Source: a virus
Virus record (IMG/VR): IMGVR_UViG_3300001525_000125
Span: 1-60,514 of that record
DNA length: 60,514 nucleotides
Reading direction: 5' to 3' (one strand)
Shown here: positions 29,905 to 41,201 of the stretch, piece after piece
Position numbering within the stretch: the first letter of the stretch is position 1
Layout of the letters: each line of letters starts with the position of its first letter
Made by a program: the position numbers and the translations under genes
Notes under the pieces: generated by a model
Told to the model about the DNA's origin: nothing
The model's database searches: none
Seen by the model: the letters and a program-made list of their open reading frames with translations, nothing else

Positions 29905-31314
29905 CTACACCGTCAAGTTAGGCTTTTTGTTAGTACCATCAGACACCAGAGTGACAACACATTTTGCTGTCTGATTGTCACTTATTACATATTTAAGTTG
30001 TGCTATGATATAGTTTCCAGTGTAGTTTTCACTAAGCTCTTCATCAGAATTACCACAATCTAACACGACTTTTTGTCCAATATGTGGCAACGTGTTAGTG
30101 AGCAATACTTCGTCATTCTGTTGATTTACATCGAATGTCAAGTCGATTGTCATGTTGAAGAAAGAAGCTAGTATTGCGCGATTGTGTGCTGGTGCAACAT
30201 CGTAATGTGCGTGTGTATTCGGCATATGATAGCCGACATCAATACTGTTGTTTGTCAATTCATACAACGACTGAATCTTAGAAGACTTGCTAGCCAAGCT
30301 TATTTCTGGATTACTGTAAGTCGTCTTCAACGCACCAGTAACAAACCTGCCAGTAAGCAAGTTCGACAATGCTAAATCCGCAGAACTGAAGTCTGTCAAA
30401 GTGTCAGCATTCAAGACACCTAATGGATTGAACATGTATTCGGTTTGCGTATATGCTTCGTTCTTTATAGTAGATACACCAGCATGATTTCTGACAAAAG
30501 CAGAAGCATATCTATAGCAATTTGGATGTTCTCCAGTTCTCTTTGCTGGAATGTATGTAGCTTCTGACGTCTGTTGTGCCAAAGTTTTACATGATGTGAT
30601 TGTTGCAGCTTTAGTGAAAGCTTCTTCTATTTCGTCTTTACTAGAATTTTCGTCAAATGACTTATCATTGACAAACGAAGTGTATGTAAGCAAAGCATCA
30701 TTGTCAGAAATCCAAGAATGACTCAGAAACTTGTTGACACATTGATAGACTTTGTTGTTTGTGTTCAACCAGATCATGGAATCAGTCGTTGACACGTTCG
30801 AAATAGCATCAAGTCCACCAGCATTCAACTGTGCTTTGATAGCATTTACGCTAGTCTCTGTATTAGTTGAAAACTGTATTATTGATTTTGGAGGATATGT
30901 GTATACTGAAGCAAATGTAGCTAACGCGTCGTATAAACACGTCACTATGTAAGCAGTAGTTCCAGTCATATTGTTTCTAGTAGAGTCAATGGAGACAATC
31001 TTCATTCTCATTGACACGTAAGAAGGAACTTTGTCGTCTTCGGCGTACATTCTCATAGGAGTAAACTGAACATAAACAGTCTGACCTACATACATGTCGC
31101 CAGAATCAAAGAATCTTCCAGCATCTGACATAGTAAAGCTAGCTGCTGGTAATAGCGAGAACAAGTCTTCTTCTATTATGAAACTGGCAATAGTAGTGTT
31201 CGGAATCTCTACACCATCAATAGCACCAAGCACGATTTGATAGTCGTTAGTCTTGTTACAGACCACATTGTTAGTTATTCCTTTCTGTAAGAGACTAGAA
31301 TATGTAGTTGCCAT
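29905..31314 (-). CDS. Tail/baseplate hub-region structural protein
   Basis: ORF 469 aa adjacent to spike gene. Confidence 0.4.
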   Translation of the reverse strand: MATTYSSLLQKGITNNVVCNKTNDYQIVLGAIDGVEIPNTTIASFIIEEDLFSLLPAASFTMSDAGRFFDSGDMYVGQTVYVQFTPMRMYAEDDKVPSYVSMRMKIVSIDSTRNNMTGTTAYIVTCLYDALATFASVYTYPPKSIIQFSTNTETSVNAIKAQLNAGGLDAISNVSTTDSMIWLNTNNKVYQCVNKFLSHSWISDNDALLTYTSFVNDKSFDENSSKDEIEEAFTKAATITSCKTLAQQTSEATYIPAKRTGEHPNCYRYASAFVRNHAGVSTIKNEAYTQTEYMFNPLGVLNADTLTDFSSADLALSNLLTGRFVTGALKTTYSNPEISLASKSSKIQSLYELTNNSIDVGYHMPNTHAHYDVAPAHNRAILASFFNMTIDLTFDVNQQNDEVLLTNTLPHIGQKVVLDCGNSDEELSENYTGNYIIAQLKYVISDNQTAKCVVTLVSDGTNKKPNLTV

Positions 31315-31318
31315 AAGA

Positions 31319-32140
31319 TTACTTCAGCGTTATCTTGAATCCACGATTTCCTATTGTCCAGTCATCAATAGTGAAGTTTGTTAGTATTTCTGCTGCACGA
31401 TAGACAGTATTCGGCGTGTCAAAACAAATGAACTTGTCATTGTTTACAGCTAAGAAATAACTAGCTTGCTCAGTATGCAAGTATTCATAAAGTTGCATGG
31501 CAGCTATAGTTAGCAACAAGTTCTTCTTTGTTCTATTCATATAGCTTGACATAGCACTTTCTATTACTGGTCTTTTTGCTACTACTGTATTTCTAAATGC
31601 TTCTAGCACATAGTACAGTAAACGCTTATCTGTTATGTGTTCAGACAGTATCTTGCAAGCATGTGCGTCTAGTTTAGAAGGCGGTGTAAGCTTGAAATGT
31701 CTGAATACATTTATCAGTGTATTGTTGTTCAGCTGCATGTAGTTTTTTGAATATCCGTTACTCAATGAACTTGCTACACCTTTCACTTCTGCCATCTTTT
31801 TTGTAGTCAGGTCTATTAAGTCACCGTGTTGCTTAGCGAATCCGACATTGTCAAATAATGAAGCGAACAAAAATTCGCCTTTTCCGATTGCTGGTTGCGC
31901 AGTAGTCACTTTCAATGCGGCATCTACGTACTCTGATTGTAGACAGTCGTCTAGATTAGATTTAAGTAACAAGTTATTCCAACTTATTGGTCCAAAATTG
32001 CCGAACTTGAATCTAGACTCTTTCAAACGTTTAAGCAACTTGTCTGCATCACACATAGCATATTGCTTATACAATCTTTCTGCTTCTGCAGCAAGCTGAG
32101 GATGTTTTCCAAGCTTTTCTTTTGTCCAGAACTCATTCAT
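31319..32140 (-). CDS. hypothetical protein in the tail module
   Basis: ORF 273 aa. Confidence 0.6.
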   Translation of the reverse strand: MNEFWTKEKLGKHPQLAAEAERLYKQYAMCDADKLLKRLKESRFKFGNFGPISWNNLLLKSNLDDCLQSEYVDAALKVTTAQPAIGKGEFLFASLFDNVGFAKQHGDLIDLTTKKMAEVKGVASSLSNGYSKNYMQLNNNTLINVFRHFKLTPPSKLDAHACKILSEHITDKRLLYYVLEAFRNTVVAKRPVIESAMSSYMNRTKKNLLLTIAAMQLYEYLHTEQASYFLAVNNDKFICFDTPNTVYRAAEILTNFTIDDWTIGNRGFKITLK

Positions 32141-32429
32141 CTTCTACACCAGTTCCAACAATGTTTTCAGGTCCAATTGACACGTTTATCGGCAAGATTT
32201 CTTGTAACTGTTTTACTATGACACTCTTTACAGGTGTCAAGTTGTTATCGGTGACATTCTTTACTTTGATAAGTATCTTACCATCATCGTCTTTGTCTAT
32301 TTTGCAATAGAATCCGAGCATATTAAAGAACATTCTGACGGCTTTGACACTTCCTTTGCAACTTGTCAATACTGGATTAGCTGACAGTAACGTTCTAAAC
32401 ATTTTGTCTTGTGCAATGTTAAGTTTCAT
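32133..32429 (-). CDS. hypothetical protein
   Basis: ORF 98 aa. Confidence 0.55.
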   Translation of the reverse strand: MKLNIAQDKMFRTLLSANPVLTSCKGSVKAVRMFFNMLGFYCKIDKDDDGKILIKVKNVTDNNLTPVKSVIVKQLQEILPINVSIGPENIVGTGVEDE

Positions 32430-34113
32430 CTTTTGCTTCCTGTCGTTGAACGCGTGTCAATAGCTCTATTTCGTCTACGTCTATGTGCATCATGTCACCA
32501 TGATCATTGTCATACTTGTCAAGTAAAGCAGCATAGACAGAGGAGCAGTCATTAAAGTTTCCAATTCTAGCAATAGCTTCAAGTACGCTTATATAGCAGT
32601 TCTTGCCATACGCTTTGTACATTGTGTTGAGATATCTTTCTGTAAATTTGTTAAATCTATAATATGCATTGTCTTTGTCGGTAGTCTCTTTCAGATACTG
32701 TGGAACAAACGGATCTAGTGATATCTTTCTAGTATTGTCATTGCACTCTTTTATCCATTCACCGAGAGAACCATCTGCACGTAGTAGATTCTGGATCATG
32801 ATTCTTGCAAATTCAAGTTCATCTATGAAGTCGTCAACATCTACTATGGCGTGTGCTATCACCCATCCAGATTCAGCTATGTTTCCTACGTCTTCTGTGG
32901 CAATTTTAGCTATGCTAAAAAGCTTGTCATTTTTCAAATATAGTTCTTTGTAAGTATTTCTGTAAAGCTGTCCTATGCTTTCTGTGTCTAGACTTATTAC
33001 AATAGGATAGCTTACAAGCTTGCTGTTTCTATTTGTCACTTTTACTGTAGTTCTACCGATTAGATCTGTTCCAAGGAACAAGTCAGACGGTCTAGTATCG
33101 ACAAATTCAAGTATCAACTTTTGCATATGATACAATTCGTCTAACGTCACTACTATTATCTCTATTTTGGGCATTACCCAATATGTGACATTGCCTGCTA
33201 CATCGAAGAACTTGAACTTTATGCCATTGCAAGCGTTCCATGCATCTATAATCTGCTGTTCTGTTGATTCTGAAGAATTGATAATGCTTAGCCAATTAGC
33301 GTACTTGTCTTCGTCTGTATTGATGTACTTATCATCGTAGCCCTGTCCACTAAGCTGAATTGACGCTTTGAATACCGTTTCTGTATCTTCTTTTCCATCA
33401 TACTTGTCTATTAGCTTACTGATCTTAAAATGCTCTTGAGAGACACCTTTCTTAGAAGTACTATGCACAGTTATCCAAGAACCTTCGGTCGGTATAGCTG
33501 AACCCTCCGCGCCAGACGTCGCATTCTGTTCATCTTCGAATGTTGCATATGACACATGTTCAACTGGTGTAGTATTAGCGGTGTCATAACTTAACTTTCT
33601 GTCTACATGTCCAAACAATGTATTTCTGACATACGCTTCATATGCATGTGCGTCTACACCGATTGGATCATGCATCAATATGTCAAACAATATATGGTAG
33701 TCATAGCCATCAAGAACTAGATACTTCTCTCTCCATGTAAAGATTCCAGTATATGTGTCTTCTTTTCCTTCTGCATATACTACTGGTGAATCATACTTCA
33801 ATATTACATTGCTTAGTTCAGTATGTACTATGTAATTGAATACGTTAGCATTGAAACGTATTTGCTTGTCTTGTTCTAGATTGTCAAGCTGAACTGTAGA
33901 AACTTTTCCGTCTTCAAACGTTTGATCTACATTGATTGAATCATTTACATTATCGATTGTCTTTTTCTGTGGTGATTCAGTGACAATTTCACCATTCAAT
34001 GTCTGTCCTTTTGTATTGAATCCCCAATTTGTATCAGAAATGGTCTTAAGACTATCTTGTTCGTTCAGTCTTCTTGGAAAATTCTGATCAATGTGAATTA
34101 TCCTCTTAATCAT
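32419..34113 (-). CDS. hypothetical structural protein
   Basis: ORF 564 aa in the tail/baseplate module. Confidence 0.6.
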   Translation of the reverse strand: MIKRIIHIDQNFPRRLNEQDSLKTISDTNWGFNTKGQTLNGEIVTESPQKKTIDNVNDSINVDQTFEDGKVSTVQLDNLEQDKQIRFNANVFNYIVHTELSNVILKYDSPVVYAEGKEDTYTGIFTWREKYLVLDGYDYHILFDILMHDPIGVDAHAYEAYVRNTLFGHVDRKLSYDTANTTPVEHVSYATFEDEQNATSGAEGSAIPTEGSWITVHSTSKKGVSQEHFKISKLIDKYDGKEDTETVFKASIQLSGQGYDDKYINTDEDKYANWLSIINSSESTEQQIIDAWNACNGIKFKFFDVAGNVTYWVMPKIEIIVVTLDELYHMQKLILEFVDTRPSDLFLGTDLIGRTTVKVTNRNSKLVSYPIVISLDTESIGQLYRNTYKELYLKNDKLFSIAKIATEDVGNIAESGWVIAHAIVDVDDFIDELEFARIMIQNLLRADGSLGEWIKECNDNTRKISLDPFVPQYLKETTDKDNAYYRFNKFTERYLNTMYKAYGKNCYISVLEAIARIGNFNDCSSVYAALLDKYDNDHGDMMHIDVDEIELLTRVQRQEAKDET

Positions 34114-34124
34114 CGAATTCTCCC

Positions 34125-34913
34125 TTAGACAAACCAGTTAAGACTGTCAAATGCGCGTCTATCTAGACTTATGACTGGCAATGTCGGCCAGTCTCTCCTG
34201 CATGTTGCAGCAACACTAGACAATGCAAACACTTTCACTATGATAGGCTTTTCTATTGTTATAGTAGTTTCTAGCTTAGTAATGTTTTTCAAATGATACA
34301 GTACTTCGTTCTTATACTTTTTTAAGATTTTTGCACTGTTTAGCGTCAAGACGTCAACATAGTTCTTAGCGGTTTCTGATGGTAGAGACTCTACAAAGCT
34401 ATGTATGTCATCTGTAACGAGAATGTATTTTATAAACAGGTCAAAGTCGTTACACAGCTTATGAATCATGTCTTCTGCGATCGAAACACCATTTTCGATA
34501 GCCCAATTGTTTATTGCATCATATGAACACATGTATTTTTTGGCAAGTCTTTGTTTAAGTTCATATATTTCTGACTTGAATTCGGAAGAATATGTGTCAA
34601 ATGAACAAAAGTTGCCAGTTTCATCTGCTACTATATGAGCATCATACACATTGTTCTTTCTATGTCCTTCAACTTGGATTACAATATTGTAATTTTTTGT
34701 AGGATCTGTATTGTTCTTTATGATTTCATCGGTATTCAACGTGATGTCATAAATAGACGCACGACTTATGTCATTGATAGTAGTAACCAGTTCTGAATAG
34801 TTGCAAAAGACAAAGCCGCATGACACTGTAGACTTCACCACAGTATTCAACTGTTCAGCAGTAAATGGAAGAACAGTCGAACTTATGTTAAATATGTCAG
34901 TGTACTTATGCAT
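34125..34913 (-). CDS. hypothetical protein in the baseplate module
   Basis: ORF 262 aa. Confidence 0.6.
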   Translation of the reverse strand: MHKYTDIFNISSTVLPFTAEQLNTVVKSTVSCGFVFCNYSELVTTINDISRASIYDITLNTDEIIKNNTDPTKNYNIVIQVEGHRKNNVYDAHIVADETGNFCSFDTYSSEFKSEIYELKQRLAKKYMCSYDAINNWAIENGVSIAEDMIHKLCNDFDLFIKYILVTDDIHSFVESLPSETAKNYVDVLTLNSAKILKKYKNEVLYHLKNITKLETTITIEKPIIVKVFALSSVAATCRRDWPTLPVISLDRRAFDSLNWFV

Positions 34914-35223
34914 ATGTTTTGTATTTCTTTATAGCGTTTGCTACGCGATTCAATTGTGGAACTTTGACTAGTGTATCGGGCATCATGTCATACCATGGAT
35001 CAGAAAATCCGTTGAACCACATAATGAACCACCAATAGTTTGGTGTACCAAATACGCGCAAAGACAGTAAGTCGGGTCTAGCGCGTTCATTTTCTTTGAT
35101 GAACGTGTACGTAATAGAACCAAAGTCATAATTCTTGAAGTCAATTCGTGAACTATCTAGCTGTGCAATGTTATCGACAGTCACTTTTTGCATCATATTG
35201 ACTCTATTTGCGGCGTCTATCAT
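34906..35223 (-). CDS. Baseplate wedge protein (T4 gp53-like)
   Basis: RARPDLLSLRVFGTPNYWWFIMWFNGFSDPWYDMMP. Confidence 0.65.
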   Translation of the reverse strand: MIDAANRVNMMQKVTVDNIAQLDSSRIDFKNYDFGSITYTFIKENERARPDLLSLRVFGTPNYWWFIMWFNGFSDPWYDMMPDTLVKVPQLNRVANAIKKYKTYA

Positions 35224-35262
35224 ACTCTTTATGTTATTTATTGACTATGCGATAAATAGGTT

Positions 35263-36559
35263 ATGCCAGATACTGTAAGCAATATTACACCAGATGAAGC
35301 GTTGAATAGTTCACGTACACCTCAAGATGTACAAGACAATTATGTAGCTAAGCATTGTATAGAAGCGCAAGCATACAACGATAATGATATAACTGTAACA
35401 GCTTCATCGTCTACTGAGTCAGTGCAGACTTCTAGCTGGAAAGACTGGTTTGCGTATATTGGCAACAATTCTAATCCAGACATAGACAACACGTCATACG
35501 CCGGAAATACTATAGAAGATAAAGTAAAGAATGCTGCAGAATACTTTGGCAACAATGTGTTTACGCTTGAAGTAGAAAAATTTACATTGATTCGGCGTAC
35601 TTAAGAAACTACCGACGTTTGGCATAGGTGCACGATATCATACAAACGCAGTAACAGACGTAATTGATTCGTTGAACAAGTTGCTTAACAATACTACATA
35701 TCAAAAAATAAATTCTTTACTCGGTGTTGAACAGATACCAGCCATAGCTGGTGGAAACGCTACAACACAAGTGTATGAAGGCTGCGACAGGCAATCGTTT
35801 GACTTGTCATTCAGAATATATTCATTAGAGCCGATAGGTCCAATGGACAACGCGACTGGATATAAGCGTGCTATTGGTGCACTATGCCTATATGCGCCAG
35901 CATTACATACTTTAGATACTAAGAATATGCTAGCAACGCTTGGTGTAAATTTTGGTAGAACAGCTAACGCAGCGTTAAACAATGTAGTTCTTGGCGGACA
36001 CGAATTTATAAATCAAGAATTAGTTGAACATGTATTTACTGATAGTGAGCGTCCACCTGACACGACAGAATCAACCGCAGTTCGCGAAGTGCTAAAGTCA
36101 GTGAAAACACATACAACAAACCTGGCTAAACACGCGACAGCAGCAACGTTTAACACAGATGGAAAACGCGAAGAAAGTATAGACAATTTCTTAAATGAAG
36201 CAGAGCAGACTGTTGAAGCTGCGCAAAAGTTTTTGCAAAACAAACATTATTCTCTTATTGACAGAGGCAGAGTAGAAAGTTCAGTAAACTGGCAAACTGG
36301 CATATTTGGTGGTGCGATCTGGAATTTAACTATTTGTCCAGGCTTGTTCAAACACAAGATACCAGTGTATATCAAGTCTTGGAACATTACACCGTCTAAA
36401 GAAATTGACTATGCTGGAAATGTTGCATATGTAGATTTCGAATTGAAATGCTTAATGGATCAAGACAAGACTGGCTCTTGGTGGATTAACAACATATACG
36501 ATTCAGAAACTGACGCTTACAAGAATTTGTATAAAGCACAGGTTAAGACACCAGACTAG
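35263..36559 (+). CDS. Structural protein with one CGG +1 site
   Basis: ...VEKFTLI-GVLKKLPTFGIGARYHTNAVTDVIDSLNKLLNNTTYQKINSLLG...; joins ORFs 35263-35604 and 35672-36559. Confidence 0.75.
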
Positions 36560-37598
36560 TTGTTAGTCTTAGCAGTCTTAGTTTCATCATAAGTATTGCC
36601 GCATAATAGTTTCAAATATTGATCTCTTGTGACTATCTGATTAGTTTCAAGAGTAACATTGAACGTCATATACAGCGGTCTGGGTCTATATAGGTGTGCA
36701 TTAGCTATAGTTTTGTCTTCTGCATTGTAACGCATACCGCGTGTAAACTTGACTGATGGTTCTGCTGAAAAGCTCCTTACGTTCCATAATATTGGACAGT
36801 CGGTATTCAGAGTAGAACAAATGTATTTTGGTATAGTGACATCCCAGCATAACTGTCCAATAGTGTTTGCGTTTTTGACATATTCGTTATACTTGTCTAC
36901 TATTTTTTCGATGTTTTCTACTAATTCTTGTGCTTTTTGCCCGTAGTCTGGACATTTTTCAGTAAATGGAAGATTGTCATGCACAACACAACCGTAAGTC
37001 TTTCAGCGTAGTAATTAGTGTGTTCATGGCACCACTTAGATCATACTGTTTGACACTATCTATTGATGTTTTCAACTGTGTAAAATAGTTCTTATATGTA
37101 CTGCGCAACAATGGTGCTGTTGAAAAATACAACATTTTTAGCCAAGTCTCATATGGTGTAGATTCAAAATTGTAACGATTGTTGTATGTGTCAGTATACA
37201 CGTTGAACTTCAAGTTTATCGACATTGTTTTTCCGTTTCGTCATCACGTGCTGTGTAAATTCATTAGTTTGAACGATCGGTATGAAGTTTCCATGCGATA
37301 CTACTTGCATTATCTTTGTGATTGTACCAGATTCTTTTTCATTAGTAATTCCCAACGGATCGAACATCTGTGTTCCACCACCAGTATTCCATTCAGAATC
37401 AAAACTTATGCTTGGCAATTCGCTAAGTACACAATGCAACTTGTATGGAAACTTCTTTTCATTTTCTATCAAGCCATTTGACTTCAGCATTTGTCTCGAC
37501 ATGTCATGTAGTGTTAAGTCACATTGCAAATGATGGACTGGTGACAGATTTTTGTTTTTATGTAAGAATGCTGAATCGTATAATGTTACAGTATGCAT
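36556..37598 (-). CDS. Structural protein with two CGG +1 sites
   Basis: Joins three track ORFs: ...QHVMTK-GKTMSINLKFNVYTDTYNN...LITTLKDL-GCVVHDNLPFTEKCPDYGQ... Confidence 0.8.
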
Positions 37599-37601
37599 AC
37601 T

Positions 37602-39246
37602 TTACGCTATGTTCGGTTGAATGCTCAAAGAAGAACCAGAATTGTCAGACTGCCTAGACATGTTGTTTGCAAAACTTGTAAATGCAGCAGTAAGCTTCGC
37701 AAATTCGTCTCTTATCTTGTCAAGTTTTTCGTTTGTTGCAACAGCGTCAGCATGTCTGTTTTGTTCATTCATGAAAGTGTCTGTTCTTGTAGTAGCAAAT
37801 TGCGCATCGATGTTCTGTTTGTCGATGACTTTTGTCATAATCTTGTTAGACTCTTTAATAGCTTCGGCTATGTTGTCTATAGCACGAATTTGTGCATTCT
37901 GCGACTGATCTTGTCGTTTTGACATTTGTTCAAGTTGCTTTATTTCATTATCGTTGCTGTTCTCGCTTTCACCAAATAGGTGTTTTTTACCTTCACCAAA
38001 CAACAATGAAGCACCACCACCGATAAGTCCACCTACTGCTGCACCTATTGCTGTGCCAATGCCCGGCACAATTGATCCAATCATTGAACCTATGCCTGCT
38101 CCAGATAACGCTGCGCTACCGACATTTAGTAAGCCTTTAGCAGTCTTGTTCTCTGTTTTATCTGCGAGATAGTCTGCACCTAGTCCAGCAGCAATAGTCA
38201 ATGGATTTAGTCCTTTACCGAGAAATTTACTACCAAACTTTGCCACTTTGCTGCCAGTAGAAACTGCTGACGTTGCACTCTTGGCAGTGTTTACACCATT
38301 CCATACACCTGGAAAACCTGCTACACTGCTTGCTGCTGGTTTTGAAACAGCGGCTGCTGTTGTTGCTACTGACTTTGTACCTCTTATTTTGCCCAGTAAT
38401 TTGCTGCCAGCTGACAAGCCCGCTTTACCGTACTCCTAGGATATTTCTTCCAGCAGTGAACACTTGATTGACTGCAATAGCACCAGCTATGATTGCAACA
38501 ATCTTACCGATCAAATTCACCGCAGTCAATATTTTACCGATAGTAGAATTTGGATTATTCATTTTCTCAGTAGCCCATTTAGACAAAGCAGTATAGATTT
38601 TACTACCAATGTCGGTATTAGTAATAAAATGGTAGGCTGCCAGCATGGTAGCACCAAGCATGACTATTTTGCCGAACAATGTCTTACTGAATATCTTCAA
38701 ACCATTCCATATCAGTTTTAGTGGCACCGAAATAAGCTTAGTCATTACAGAAAAGCCAACTTTGACTATACCTACTATTGGTTTGATCAGTACGCTAAAA
38801 CTTCCCATGAATGAGTAGAGCTTGTTTTCTAGACTTCTGCCTACAGCAGAAAATGCATTAGAAAGAGACTGTCCAAGCGATTCTAATGCGATGAACATTT
38901 TTTGATTTACCACATTCAATCCTGTATCGATAGTAGTAGTCAGCAAAGACAATGTCGAAGTCTGCTTTCTAGCGATTACTGCATTTTCTTTGCTAGTAGC
39001 TTCGTGCATAGTTTTTAATGTAGTAGAATCGTCTTTTGACTGGCGTTTCTGTGTCTTAGCGATTTCTAAAGATTGTGTACTTGCTTGTTGAAGTCTCTTA
39101 AGTTGTTCGAATGTCTGTTCATCAGTCTTCTTTCTAGCTTCAGAATTGTCTCGCAAGTCCGACAACAACACTGTCTGATTACGAGATTCTTGTAAAGCTG
39201 CTTCTAGTGTTACACCGAGACTGAATTCAGATGACAATTCGTTCAT
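37602..39246 (-). CDS. Long tail-associated protein (hydrophobic/coiled-coil, tape-measure-like), one CGG +1 site
   Basis: ...VFTAGRNILGV-GKAGLSAGSKLLGKIRGTKS...; zero frame reads CGG TAA. Confidence 0.75.
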
Positions 39247-39274
39247 AAATTTATTTATTGAATATATAATCTAT

Positions 39275-39850
39275 ATGTCAAATGTGACTTCTACAGTAAA
39301 CAATTACTCTGGCAATCAGTTCAAAGTGATCTTCAACACTTGGCCTAACTTGACAGGCAAAGAACTTGATACTGTTGTGTTTGACAACAACGTTGTAGCA
39401 TTTACTATTCCTGATATTAGTGGACCGTTGCTGAACACACAAATAGGACACGTTAAACAACTTCATCCTAATCCTGTTGGATATAGACAGTTAAATGCGT
39501 TCAACGTGACTTTTCGTGTGGACGACAGACTGTTGAACTATTATGCAGCAAAATGCTGGATTTCTGGTTCTAGAGTGGGTGAAAGAAAGTCTAACAAGAA
39601 TCTACCGTATGACTATCTAAGATGGAACAGAATTGAGACAGTTGAACTTCAGAATCTTGACAACGCCGAACATGTAGTTTCTAGAATGCTTTTCAAGCGC
39701 GTATTCTTGACTAACTTAAGCAATCTGACTCTTCGTTATGGTCAATCAGAAAACTCTACATTTACATGTACATTTGAATATGAAATGTGTGACTTTGAAA
39801 CATTAGTAGAAGATGTCAATGTTACAGAAGTTCATACGGGCATAAACTAG
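39275..39850 (+). CDS. Tail tube/initiator-like structural protein
   Basis: 191-aa ORF, VNNYSGNQFKVIFNTWPNLTGKE... with beta-rich composition. Confidence 0.4.
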   Translation: MSNVTSTVNNYSGNQFKVIFNTWPNLTGKELDTVVFDNNVVAFTIPDISGPLLNTQIGHVKQLHPNPVGYRQLNAFNVTFRVDDRLLNYYAAKCWISGSRVGERKSNKNLPYDYLRWNRIETVELQNLDNAEHVVSRMLFKRVFLTNLSNLTLRYGQSENSTFTCTFEYEMCDFETLVEDVNVTEVHTGIN

Positions 39851-39902
39851 AACAAGCAGTCATCAATGACTGCTTTTATAATGTAAACTATATAGTTGTA
39901 CT

Positions 39903-41107
39903 TTATATTAAATTGTTTGCGTCTTTTGAGTCAAGCATATTCAGCCATTCATTCATGTGCTTAGTCGATTCTAGCCAGAAGTCCGCATGATTGCACTGAC
40001 TATATTGATAGTCTAGAATTTCATTGTACTTGTCTTTCTTACACAATTTCCAGAACATTTCATCAATTTGATCTATTGTCCAATCGTCATAATACTTGCA
40101 CGCTGGATGAATTTCTCTGTATGGACTGTCGTCATTGTCGTGAAACACGGTGCCAATGAACACTGCTCCAGATGCGCAAGCTTCTGTATATCTCAACGCA
40201 GACTTGCACTTATTGAACTCGTTGTCGACGATACTTGCTATGCTGAAGTCTGCAAACTGCTCTTGAAACAGCCTAGGAAACGTCTGCGAATTCACCCATT
40301 GAATGAACTTGATCTTGTCTTTGATGCACTCCCAGAAAAATGGCAATGCCCCCATGCAGACGAAGTCGATCTTGTCTTCTTTGACATTCTTGATTACCCA
40401 GTCACATAGAGCTGTATTCCAGTCACCTTTCTTTCCAGCAAGTCCAGCAAATCCGTTGGGTTCATTTGGAGAAGGTTGTCTTGGTGGAATCGGATTGATG
40501 TAGTGTGTAGGACTACCAGAATATATTACTCTTGGCTTCTTCAAGTCCTCAGCAATGTGTTTCTTTCTGGGAAAGTTCCACAAGTATCTAGGTACTACGT
40601 TCTTCACTGTAACTACATTGTTTACATTGAACACTTTTTCGAATGCTTTCTTGAGATAGTCAGTAGATACAACTATCAAGTCCATCAATGGCAATATTTC
40701 TCTCAAATTCTTTTCTAGTTCTTCTAGATTGATATGCATGCTGCTAAGATTGTAAGAAGGAATTCCGTCTTCTTTGTCTTTCGGTCCAAGCCCCGTCTTG
40801 AAAATCAAGTCGTCGATTTCAAAAACCATCTTATAGCCATACTTTGGCTGCAATGCTTTGTAACGCTTTACAACATCTGTATGAACCTTTGATACTGGAC
40901 GTTGAAACACAATAGACTTACTATGTGCAAGCAAATTTGGATCAAACGTAAAGATAGGCATGATTATTGGAATCACTCCAGTGTCAATTCCGTCAAAATA
41001 CATCGCATTGTATCTAAGTCTTACATGAGAACAACCGACTGTTGTCTCCGAACGTATATCAACGCTAAATTCTTTCCATCAACTTTAACAGTATTGCAGT
41101 TAAGCAT
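39903..41107 (-). CDS. Glycosyltransferase-like protein, two CGG +1 sites near the N-terminus
   Basis: MLNCNTVKVDGKNLALIYV-GDNS-GCSHVRLRYNAMYFDGIDTGVIPIIMPIFTFDPNLL...SIVFQRPVSK...VFEIDDLIF; C-terminal SIVDNEFNKCKSALRYTEACASGAVFIGT. Confidence 0.75.
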
Positions 41108-41201
41108 TTACAACCTCAAATTTTCTTATGGCTTATATATCGAAAAAAAGCAACACTTAAGTGTTGCTTTTTGTAAAGTCTATCGTTTACTTGCCGTTTA
41201 G

